This document shows positions 53,401 through 64,000 of a stretch of 64,000 nt of DNA, in pieces. The notes beneath the pieces were generated by a model. The model ran no database searches, had not been told where the DNA came from, and saw nothing but the letters and a program-made list of their open reading frames with translations. Position 1 is the stretch's first letter; the number at the start of each line of letters is the position of its first letter. Source of the stretch: Callorhinchus milii (taxonomy: Eukaryota); contig NW_024704795.1 of the NCBI RefSeq assembly GCF_018977255.1, positions 62,001-126,000 of the forward strand, given 5' to 3'. The translations under genes were made by a program, and so were the position numbers.

Positions 53401-55849
53401 AGCTATACAGAAACCAGGCCAGTTACACAGATACCAGGCCTTTCATAAAGAGTCCAGGCCTGTAATACAGAGACCAGGCCTATTATATGGAGAACAGGTT
53501 TATTGTAGAGAGACCAGTCCAGTTATACAGAGACCAGGCCTGACATACAGAGACAAGGCCTGACATACAGAGACCAGGCCTGTCATACAGAGACCAGGCC
53601 TGTCATACAGAGACCAGGCCTATCATACAGAGACCAGGCCTGACATACAGAGACCAGGCCTGTTATTGCCGCAAACAAAATCAATTGCACAATAACAATC
53701 TCTTTGGTCAATATTCATGTGAAGCGATTTCCTGCTCATGAATAACTTGATAGCTGACAATGCGTCCATCAGAACAGCAGGAACTGGGATGAAGCTCTAA
53801 AGAACACTGCTTGTGAATGTTTGGGAGCAGGAGGAAAAGCTGTTTGAAATGACAGAGGAGCAACTTTGCTGGAATAGGTAAGAGTGAAACTAGTATTGGA
53901 CAGAATCTTGAAGGTGGAGCAGAGCTGAGAGAAGGATTGTGTGGATAAATGGGAGACAACAAAGAGGTTCTGAGAACAAGGTGGCAGAAGAGTCCTGGTT
54001 GCAGATCGAGGTCATTGGCCACTTGGACCAGGGCAGTCGGTGCTGTGTATTGAATAGCCATTGCAATGGAGCAGCTCAATCAGCTTTATAAATGCCTGAG
54101 GTTATTTCATGGAGATATTGAACCTGAGTCACATATCCCCCACACCCCACTCTGATTTTATTCTCAGTGAATCACTTCGATACAGACACAGTGCACAGGT
54201 GGGTCTTTCATCAAAAGTGAAATGATGTGAAACAAAGTTGATACTTTCAGACATGAAAGGGGCAATATTAAAAGCAAGGTTGTATTTCAATGTGCACTGA
54301 CTTGAGGGATGCCCTGCTTGGCTTCCTGAGAGGATAAGGAACACACACTGTTAATGCTAGACCAGCCAGCCAAGCTTGACAACAACATTTGGATGTAACA
54401 CCAGTCACTGGGAACAAGGAATCTCCCATTCAGCTCCAGCAATGACCCACAACAAATCATGGATGTTATGAGAAGGATTATTGTCCAGGAAACCAGGAGT
54501 AACTGAGTGCTGATTTCCAATAGTGCCCTGGAATCTCCAAACTCCACCTGAAAGGGCAAACAGCATAGTCTTCCACCTTTCGATCGTTGATGGTGAATTC
54601 CCCCCCACCTTGTAGCAGGAATAGTTTGAATAGTTTTAAGATAATGGATGGCTTTCCACAATTGTCTGACATCTTTCTGACAAAAGTAAAATTATGCTAT
54701 TTTGTTCGTAGACAAAATCTACAAACACAGTGATTATTATCATCATTATTATAATAATAATAATCCTTGCATTTGATATAGCGCTTTTCATGTCATCTCC
54801 ACATCTCAATGCACTTCACAGAATATGCTGTTAAGTGAATTGACTGTATATTTGTGGGCGAAACCGGGCAGCCAATTGCACACAGCAGCGTCCCACAAAC
54901 AGTCGTGGATTGAAAATGACCAATTATTGTTTTGTTTTTTGGAGGGATTATTATTAGGTGTGTGGAGTGAGGAAACTTGCCCAAGGTGTCTCCCTGCCTG
55001 GATTTGAAGCCAGGGGCAAGGCGAGGGCAATAACCACTGAGCTACAGGACTACAGTTCATCATAACTTCAAAGTTTATCGACATGTATTAATTCACCTGG
55101 AATGAAGGTTTTATTTTCTCAGACTTCACGTCAGTTAAATTAATTTGCACAAATATTATCTGCCAGTTTCCTCTCTTGCAGGTTTACACCTGAGCTTTCA
55201 CCCTGAGAGACAGAAATATCTGCTTCCCCTGTGGTCAGCCTCGGTATTGCAGCCCGGAGACTGGCTTCCTTATCTGATGGTAAGATCTTCCAAACCCCAC
55301 AAGACAGCAGGGCTGTGGAGGACAGCAGGACAGCAGGTTGTGTTGCTTTGAGTTATATAGAGTTAACTCTCAAGTTAATGCTGTATTACTCAAAGCAACA
55401 CAAAGGCCTGTGAGGATAAAGCACAATAGTGGAAACTTGTTGCATTTATTTACTAATAAATGCTAATGCCAATATATATTTAATGCAACAATGGTTACTG
55501 GGCTCATAATTAAGCAGAATAGTCCCAGTAAAGAGAAATCCAATTCAAATACAGTTCAGAATGTCTGTCTTGTCTCTGTATAACAGGTCTGGTCTCGGTA
55601 AACTGGCCTGGTCTCTGTATAACTGTCTGTACCGTTTCAGGTAAATTTGATGTACACATAGCGGGCAAATAATATTTTGAGGTGAAAAGCAAAAGATGTT
55701 TAGTTGATGTTTTGTGGGGATATTTGCTCTTGACACACTTGGTCTCAGTGTGTTCCAAACCGTTCAGAAGCAGCGTTGGTTACTGGGCACAGATATCATT
55801 GTTGTCTTTTACGAATGCTTGTTTGGTAACTAACAGAGACTAAAGCGAC

Positions 55850-55921
55850 CTCCCTGTCGGCGATTTGAACCCCGGTCTCCCGCGTGACAGGCGGAGATAC
55901 TAACCACTGGACTAACTCGGA
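55850..55921 (-). tRNA. tRNA-Asp(GTC)-like gene, probably a pseudogene (unit 3)
   Basis: Identical body; downstream T-run reduced to TTT. Confidence 0.78.
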
Positions 55922-56122
55922 TTCATACCGACTCAGGTGCCAAGATGCTGCCATGGACACACGCCAAAGGTCCCAGTACCTGCTGTTTATGTCTATGTTT
56001 CTGCTCTCCTGTGACAGACACTCTGCTCACCCCAGAATCATTCGTTAGGTGCAGCTCGTTTGGGAGGGAATGGGTGGCTCTGAGAAGAGCCTTTGGGGGT
56101 TAATATCAGCAGAGGGGAGAAG

Positions 56123-56773
56123 TTACTTCTTTTTGGCTGGTGTTTTCTTAGCCGCCGGCGCTTTGGGGAAACGTTTGGCGGTTTTGCCGCTTGGTCTCTT
56201 TGAGGCTGCGGGCTTCTTTACAGCTTTCTTTACCACCGCTTTCTTTACAGGTTTTTTGGCCGATTTGGGCTTCTTACTCACGGCAGCTTTCGGGGTCTTC
56301 TTGACAGCGGGAGACTTGGCTTTGTGGACTCTCTTGGGCACAGATGGTTTCTTGGGTGAACTTGGCTTTTTTGTTGCAAGTTTCTTCCGTGGAGAAGCTT
56401 TCTTGGCGGCCGCTGCCTTCTTCCCCCGCGGGGTCGGCTTCTTTGCCGCGTTGTCCTTGTTGAGTTTGAAGGAGCCGGTGGCGCCGATGCCCGTGGTCTG
56501 GATCAGGATACCTCTGTCTGCCAGTCTCTTCAGAGAAGCCCTGACCTGGTGTTTGTGAGTTTCCGGCTTGTAGCCTTTGGCGTCCAGAGTCTTCTTGATG
56601 GCGACCACGGACAAGCCCCTGCGATGCTCAGCGCTCGCCACCATCTGCTTGATCTCCTCCATCAGGTTGAAGCCGGGTTTCTGCTTCGGGGCAACGCGCT
56701 TCTTCTTGGCGGCTTTGGGCGAAGCGGTGGCGGCTGCAGGAGGCTGGACGGCGGCGGGAGCAGTTTCAGCCAT
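56123..56773 (-). CDS. H1: Linker histone H1 (unit 3)
   Basis: 216 aa, protein identical to unit 2. Confidence 0.95.
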   Translation of the reverse strand: MAETAPAAVQPPAAATASPKAAKKKRVAPKQKPGFNLMEEIKQMVASAEHRRGLSVVAIKKTLDAKGYKPETHKHQVRASLKRLADRGILIQTTGIGATGSFKLNKDNAAKKPTPRGKKAAAAKKASPRKKLATKKPSSPKKPSVPKRVHKAKSPAVKKTPKAAVSKKPKSAKKPVKKAVVKKAVKKPAASKRPSGKTAKRFPKAPAAKKTPAKKK

Positions 56774-58250
56774 AGTCCCTGTGAGAGGCTCAGTGTGTGG
56801 AGCTGCTCAGGATAGTGAAGCCAGGCGGCGCCACAGCCACTTACAGCCTCCGAGCGGACGCGGCAGAGTCAGCCGCTGCTCAGCTTCCGGGTTTCAAATC
56901 TCTGTGTTTCTGTCGTTTCCAAAACTGATCGTTTGTCTCTAAACTCGTTTGTGCTGAGAGTCAACAACAGCCTTTCGCTGAAGTGCACAATCCGCTCTTC
57001 ACTGAGAGACACTGCACAACTGAACTAAAGGCAGCAGCTTCCAGTTAAAAACGTTTGAATGTGGGATTGCCCGCGGATCAGCGCTGAATCCTGGACATAT
57101 TGACGGCGACTTGAATGATATTCTCAAACCAAACAGAATCACAGCTTAAATTGTGGCTGTGATGTCAAGCAGAGGGTCGGGGCCATCCCGTCAACAGAAA
57201 ATATTCTTACGTCTGGTGCTAGGGATTTGGAAATCCCGGGATGAAGCTGGACACACTAGCACAGTGACTGGAATCTGAGTCTGGCGCCTTTTTAACACAG
57301 AGCCGCTGACACTATCATTGAATCAGCGCCTTGAACTGGCAAACTATACCCCAGTCATTGAATTCTCAGGAGCGGATTTTCCTCTGTCCATGTTATGTGC
57401 TGCAGTCTCCCGGAGTTTGTGACTGTTTGGCAGCGCAGTGAGTGACAGGAGGCTCTGAGATAGGAGCTCGCCACAGTGTCAGTGTTCTCACAGATAGGAC
57501 AAAGGAGAAAGGATTTCACTGGTTCTGTCTGTGTGCTCCACGGTTAATAGTAATAATAATAATAGTAATCCTTGCATTTGATATAGCGCTTTTCACGTCA
57601 GGAGGACGGGACCAAAGCGCTTCACAGAACACACTGTAAAGTGAATTGACTGTATATTTGTGGGCGAACGCGGCAGCCAATTGCGCACAGCAATGTCCCA
57701 CAAACAGTCCTGGATTGAAAATGACCAATTTATTATTGTGTTTGGTTTTGGAGGGATTATTATTAGGCCTGTGTGGAGTAAGGAAACTTGCCCAAGGTTT
57801 CGCCCTCTGCCTGGAATTGAACTGATTGTTTAACTACAGAGATATAGATAGCAATAAAAGGCTTACATGGCGATTGAGGTCAAAGGGAATATTCGCAGGC
57901 ACATGCCAATCCTCTCCAGCTAGCTGACAAATCTCGAGCATGTTTCATGACACAAACAGCTGCCTGAAAATAACATGGAATGACTTTGGGCTGAGAGCCA
58001 TTCATTCTCCGTTCTCTGCCGAGCACTGAATGTGTTACAGTATCAGCTGTGGCGGTGACTCCCTGTCAGGCCATGTTACTGTGTGAATCTTTGGTTCACA
58101 CTGAGACTCGCAGCAAATTCAAAAAGCCCACCAGTTTCACTACGGTGACTACATTCTCCTTCCCATCAATAGCTACAACAGCGGGAATATACAGCGGTGG
58201 AATGGCAAAACACAGCGTTGATCATTCGGCGAAAAATAGAAAGAAACTGA

Positions 58251-59006
<756 letters not shown>

Positions 59007-59731
59007 ACATCTCCTAACGTCAAGACACAAAGAACAAAGGCTCTTATAAGAGCCGCCCAAGTGCTCATATCAAAGGCTGTAACTTCCAAACGAAACTCGT
59101 CTGGCGTCAGGCGTTTGTCCTTCACTATATATAATGTGGTCGCTCCAGCGGGAGCCCGAATAAGATTGTCCACAGACAAACCACAGCTTAGTGTTTCTGT
59201 ATCCAACTTGTCATGACTTCTGTTACTATGAATCTCACACGGACAGCCTCCATGTTCCCGAAGGTTATGTTGCTAAGGAGCTGGAGAATTGGAAACCTTG
59301 AGCCACGTAGAATGAATAGAATAGTACGGCACAGAAGGAGGCCATTCGGCCCATTGTGTCTGCCGGCTGTTTGAAAAGAGCCACCCAAGTCAGTCCCCTG
59401 CTCTCTCCCCATCGCCCTGCAAACTGGTTCTCTCCAAATAATGATCGATTTCTCTCATAAAGTGGCCATCGGCGTCCACCAGCCTTTCACACAATGGATT
59501 CAAGATCCAAACAACTCCTTGTGTGAAAACATTTCTCCTCACTTCCCCTCTTGTTTCTTTTAACTCGGTGTCCTCGGGTTACTGACCCACCCGTCAGTGG
59601 GAATAGTTGCCGATGTCATCAGCAGTGAGGGCCCTGGAATACTGCGGCCCCTCCTGGCTCAGGAGCTTTACCACAGGGGAAGAGGGGGGTGGTTTATCAG
59701 GAGTTGGTGTGACCAGACTGCTCTGTTGCAG

Positions 59732-59841
59732 ACCTGGTTCGATCACTACCTGCGCTGGAATGAGTCGGAGTTTCCGGGGGTCAAGAACGTGCGATTCCGT
59801 GCGGATCAGGTCTGGACACCTGACATCCTGCTCTATAACAG
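59732..59841 (+). CDS. Nicotinic acetylcholine receptor alpha7-subfamily subunit (CHRNA7/8/11-like), exon equivalent to CHRNA7 exon 4
   Basis: Boundaries ttgcag|ACC and AG|gtaggg, 110 bp; encodes [36 protein letters not shown] (loop A, WxPDILLYN). Confidence 0.92.
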
Positions 59842-59849
59842 GTAGGGTT

Positions 59850-60350
59850 CCACAACAGAACAGACAGGGAGCAGCTCAGACTCCTCTGGAACAGGCAACA
59901 GCTTCTCTAGAACATGCAATAACTTCTGCTGAACAGATAGTGGCCCCCCCTCACCCTGAGAACAGACAAAATCTACTCTAGAACAGACCCGGCCTACTCA
60001 AGAGCAGACAATATCTACCTTAGACCACCGACATGTAATATTTTCTAGAACAGATAAGATCTGCTCTGGAATAAGCAGAGTCTACCCTGGAGGATGGTCT
60101 GTCTAAGAACATGTAATATCTACTCTAGAACCGATGTTTACTCCAGAACAGGCAGCATCTACTTCAGAACAGACAGGGTCTCCCCCAGAATAGACAGTAT
60201 CTCCTGAAGAAAAAGAACAACAACAACAAAATTACACTTGTACAGCACCTTTCAAGTCGGGAGGACGTCCCAAGGTGCTGGACAGGCAGAGTTTCGGACA
60301 TGTAATAACTACTCTAGAACAGGCAACATCTACTCCAGAATAAGCAACAG
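59850..60350 (+). repeat. Degenerate ~21-22-bp intronic minisatellite
   Basis: Recurrent TCTACTCTAGAACAG-like motif. Confidence 0.55.
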
Positions 60351-60516
60351 CCAGGGACCAGAGTGATGGGGGTGTTGATAGGAACAAGAGATGCTGTGTA
60401 ACTCAGGGGTTAGAGCGCTCGGCTCACAAGCGAGAGGAAACGGTTAGATTCCAGGCAGTTTAGGGCAAAACGTTAGGCGAGTTTCCTTACTCCACATTTC
60501 TCTGTTTATCTAATAA

Positions 60517-60650
60517 GGTACAGATCAGCCATGTTGAGGTACAGATCAGCCATGTTGAGGTACAGATCAGCCATGACCTTATAGAATGGTGGAACAGGCT
60601 TGAGGGGCTGAATGGCCTCCTCCTGTTCCCATGTTTCTATATTCCTACGT
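60517..60650 (+). mobile_element. CR1 3' UTR fragment with an internal 21-bp triplication
   Basis: AGGTACAGATCAGCCATG(TTG) x3, followed by GAGGGGCTGAATGGCCTCCTCCTGTTCC. Confidence 0.7.
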
Positions 60651-60857
60651 CTGGCAAGTTTTCAAGCTTTGGCTTGTCCAGCTAAGACCACCCTACCCGA
60701 CTTTGGCTGCAGAGTTAACAGAAGCTGAGTGGGATGACTCCCTGCCCACAGTGACTGGTCTGCCCTACGATGAACCAGGCTGGCTGTGGGGGTATTGAGA
60801 GAGACAGGAGAGAGAGAACGTAAAAGAGAGAGAGTGACGGAATCTATTCTGTTACAG

Positions 60858-60937
60858 CGCTGATGATGACTTTGACTCAACATATAAACCCCATGTTCTC
60901 GTTAACTCCACCGGTTACTGTACGTTTATGCCTCCAG
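60858..60937 (+). CDS. nAChR alpha7-subfamily exon equivalent to CHRNA7 exon 5
   Basis: Boundaries ttacag|C and CCAG|gtaaga, 80 bp, in phase with the previous exon; encodes (S)ADDDFDSTYKPHVLVNSTGYCTFMPP(G). Confidence 0.9.
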
Positions 60938-61129
60938 GTAAGATCTTTCTCTTATGCACTCTCGCAGACTGTCTCTCAAACACACTGTCTCTCACACTCA
61001 CACACAGTCACTCTCATACCCACTCTTACATTCTCTCATTCTCTCACATTCACACACTCACACTCTCTCACAAACTCATATTCCCTCTCTCATTCTCTCT
61101 CACCCACAGACTCTCTGTCTCTCACACAG

Positions 61130-61297
61130 GTATATTCCGAAGCTCGTGCCAGGTTGATGTGAGGTGGTTTCCCTTTGACACACAGGAATGTGAGCTAAAG
61201 TTCGGATCCTGGACCTATGATGGCTGGCTCCTCGATCTGCGAATGTCACCCGCTGATTTATCTGGGTTCATCCCAAACGGGGAGTGGGACCTGCTGG
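61130..61297 (+). CDS. nAChR alpha7-subfamily exon equivalent to CHRNA7 exon 6 (Cys-loop)
   Basis: Boundaries cacag|GT and CTGG|gtgaga, 168 bp; encodes GIFRSSCQVDVRWFPFDTQECELKFGSWTYDGWLLDLRMSPADLSGFIPNGEWDLL, containing the C-x13-C loop and loop B. Confidence 0.94.
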
Positions 61298-61299
61298 GT

Positions 61300-62830
61300 G
61301 AGAGAGAGGGAGTATGTGAGAAAAAGAGTGTGAGGGAGAGAGTGTGTGTGCAAGAGAGTATGTGAGAGGGAGAGCGTGTGTGTAAGAGAGGGTTGTGAGA
61401 GTGTGCGGTAGAGAGTGAGAGGGGGAAAGAGATGGGGAGAGAGAGAGAGAGAGTGAGTGAGAGAGAGGGAAGTGGAACCTTCTGGGTGAGTATCCTGTTG
61501 CTCAGTGGTTAGAGCACCCGCTTTGCAAGCGAGAGGACCTGGGTTCAATTCCCGGGCGGGGGCGAAGAGAGAGCGTGTGAGGGACTCATTTAACCAGGTT
61601 CAACGGGGAGTGGGACCTGATGGGTGAGAGAGGGACGGTGTGAGAGAGAGAGAGAGAGAGGGGGGTGGGGTGAGGGTGAGAGAGAGAATGTGAGAGAGAG
61701 GGGAGAGAGAGTGTGAGAGAGAATGAGAGAGAGAGAGAGGAAATAGAGTGTTTGAGAGAGGGAGAGAGTGTGCTTGAGAGAGAGGGAGTCGGAGGGGGAG
61801 ATGGATAGAGAGTGTGAGACAGAGGAGTGGGACATTCTGGATGAGAGATGGAGTGTGAGGGAGAGAGAAATACTGCGTGAAGTTAGAGAGAGAGTATCTG
61901 AGAGGGAGGGGAGGGAGAGAGTATGTGTGTGAGAGAAGGGGGGGGGGGGGTGGAGAGAGTGTGTGAGAGAGAGTGTGTGAGACATGCTGGATGAGAGAGG
62001 GAGGGTAAAAGGAGAGGGAGAGTGTGTGAGATGAGAGTGTAAGAGAGTGAGGGATAGGGGGGAGTGGGACCTGCCGGGTGCATGTGAGAGAGAGGGAGCC
62101 ATGGGAGAGTGATTCTCTCTGTCTATATGTGTGTCTCTCCCCATCTCTCTTTCACTCTCTCTCTCTCCCCCACCACCCCACCTCCCTCTATTTTTCTCTC
62201 GCTCTCTCACACACATTCACACTCTTATTCCCTACCCCTCTCTCTAACACTCTCTCATACTTGGCCTCTCTCCCCGCCCCCTCTCTGTGTCACTCTCTCA
62301 GTGTTTTTCTCTCTCTCTCTCTCTCACACATACACATGCTCTCTCTCGGTCTCACTATGTGTAAGACTCCAGGACAGAGCAAGGTGGTGGTGTTGTTGTT
62401 TAGATATCCAGTCTAAAAAACAACCATCACACACACTCTCCTCGCACACACTTATTCTCCCTAACACACTCGCTCACTATGCCTATTATCTCTGTCATTC
62501 ATTCTCTCTGTGTCTCACTCTCTCTCTCACTCCCAGCACAGAGAAACAAGGTGTTCTATGTATGTGTGTCTCTCTTTCTGTGTGTCACTCTCTCTCCCGC
62601 CCTCTCTCACTCTGTCTCTCTTCCACACTCCCTCTTTATGTCACTGTATGTGTCTAACCCTCTCTCGCTCACATTCTCTCTGAGTCAGAGAAACAAGGTG
62701 TTCTATGATTCTGTGTATGTGTCTCTGTGTCACACTCTCACTCTCTCTGTCTCTTTCTCTGTCACTCTCTCTGAGTCTCTCTCTCACTGTGTGTCACGCA
62801 CTCACTCTGTTGTCGCTCTCTCTCACACAC
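61300..62830. repeat. GA-rich then CT-rich low-complexity intron sequence
   Basis: (GA)n/(GT)n switches to (CT)n/(CA)n at ~62110. Confidence 0.85.
61485..61567 (+). mobile_element. SINE tRNA-like head fragment (another at ~60390-60495)
   Basis: GCTCAGTGGTTAGAGCACCCGCTTTGCAAGCGAGAGGACCTGGGTTCAATTCCC. Confidence 0.75.
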
Positions 62831-62841
62831 TCATAAAATCG

Positions 62842-63500
62842 TAGAATATTACAGCACAGAAGGAGGCCATTCAGCCCATTGTGCCTGCTCTTTGGAAGAG
62901 CTTCCAATCAGTCCCCCTTCCCCGCTTTTCCCCATATCCCTGCAATGTTCTTCCTCTTCAAGAACCTAATGAATTCCCTTTTAAAAGTTGTTATTGAATC
63001 TGTTCCACCAGCCTTTCAGGAGTGCATTCCAGACTGTAACAACTTTCTGTATAAAATAAATTCTCCTCATCTCCCTCCTGGTTCTTTTACCAATTATCTT
63101 AAATCTATGTCTCCTGGTTACTGACCCACCTGCCAATGGAAACAGTTTTTCTCTATTTACTCTATCAAACCCCCTAATAATTTTGAAGACTTATATTAAA
63201 TCTCACCTTAACCTTCTCTGCTCTAAGAACAACAATCCAAGCCTCTCTAGTCTCTCCACATATCTAAAGTCCCTCATCCCTGGTACAAATCTGGTAAATC
63301 TCCTCTGCACCCTCTCCAAAGCCTTAATATCCTTCCTAAAGTGTAGTGCCCAGAATTGGACACAATATTCCAGCTGAGGCCTAACCAATGACCTATAAAG
63401 CTTAGCAGAACTTCCTTGCTTTTGTACTCTATTCCTCTATTATAAAGCCAAGGATCCCATATGCTTTTTTAACAGCTCAATCAACCTGTTCTGCCACCTA
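62842..63500 (-). mobile_element. CR1 LINE 3' end
   Basis: Translates to [12 protein letters not shown]...[28 protein letters not shown]; CR1 tail present. Confidence 0.88.
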
Positions 63501-63850
63501 CATACAGCAACAACAAAATGACATGTGTTTAGCGCCTTTCACATCTGGAGGATGTCCCAAGGCACTAGAGATTCAGTGTTTCGGACCCAAGCTGGGGTTT
63601 GGGATCGGGGAAGGTGGAGGATGGGGTGGGGGGGGGAGCAGGAAGATTGAAAGCATGGTCGAAGAGGAGGGTCTTGAGACAGGTCTTGAAGGTGGCGAGG
63701 GAGGGGGCAAGGTGGAGGGAATGTGGGTTGGAGTTCCAGAGGGTGGCGGCAGAGTTGCAGAAGGCCCGCCCACCAACCGTGGGGCAGGCGAGGCAGGGAC
63801 GTGAAGTAGGTCGGAGCACGCTGAGCGGAGGGAGCGAACAGGAGGAAGGG
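63500..63850 (-). mobile_element. L2 LINE 3' end
   Basis: Translates to GGRAFCNSAATLWNSNPHSL...FKTCLKTLLF. Confidence 0.7.
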
Positions 63851-64000
63851 AGGAGCAAGATCATGGAGGTCTTTGAAGGTGTCTCTCGCTCTGTGTGTGT
63901 CAGTGTGTCTCCCTCACTCTCTCTCGCTGTCTCTCTCTCACTCTCTGAGTCTCTCTCTCTGTCTCTGTCTCTCACTCTCTCTCTCCCTCACTCTGTGTCT

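Overview
Vertebrate genomic DNA. The SINE, CR1, L2, Tx1 and Penelope-type repeats suggest a cartilaginous fish, possibly a chimaera (inferred). Positions 1 to ~59,608 hold a tandem array of replication-dependent histone quintets in the order H1(-), H4(+), H3(+), H2A(-), H2B(+). There are two complete units (H1-to-H1 spacing 34,990 and 19,048 bp) and a third unit truncated after H4. Every gene has a 3' stem-loop and a U7-type downstream element. H3 (H3.2 type) and H4 are canonical, while H1, H2A and H2B are noticeably divergent. Each unit carries a degenerate tRNA-Asp(GTC) gene just downstream of H1. Both complete units also carry a 20-bp satellite between H4 and H3 (16.3 kb in unit 1, ~2.4 kb in unit 2) and a Penelope-type foldback with a degenerate hammerhead-like motif between H3 and H2A. 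The array stops about 120 bp upstream of three intact exons (110, 80 and 168 bp) of an alpha7-subfamily nicotinic acetylcholine receptor gene, so the cluster may be nested in an intron. The C-terminal halves of both H2B copies are N-masked. All identifications were made by eye, without database searches.
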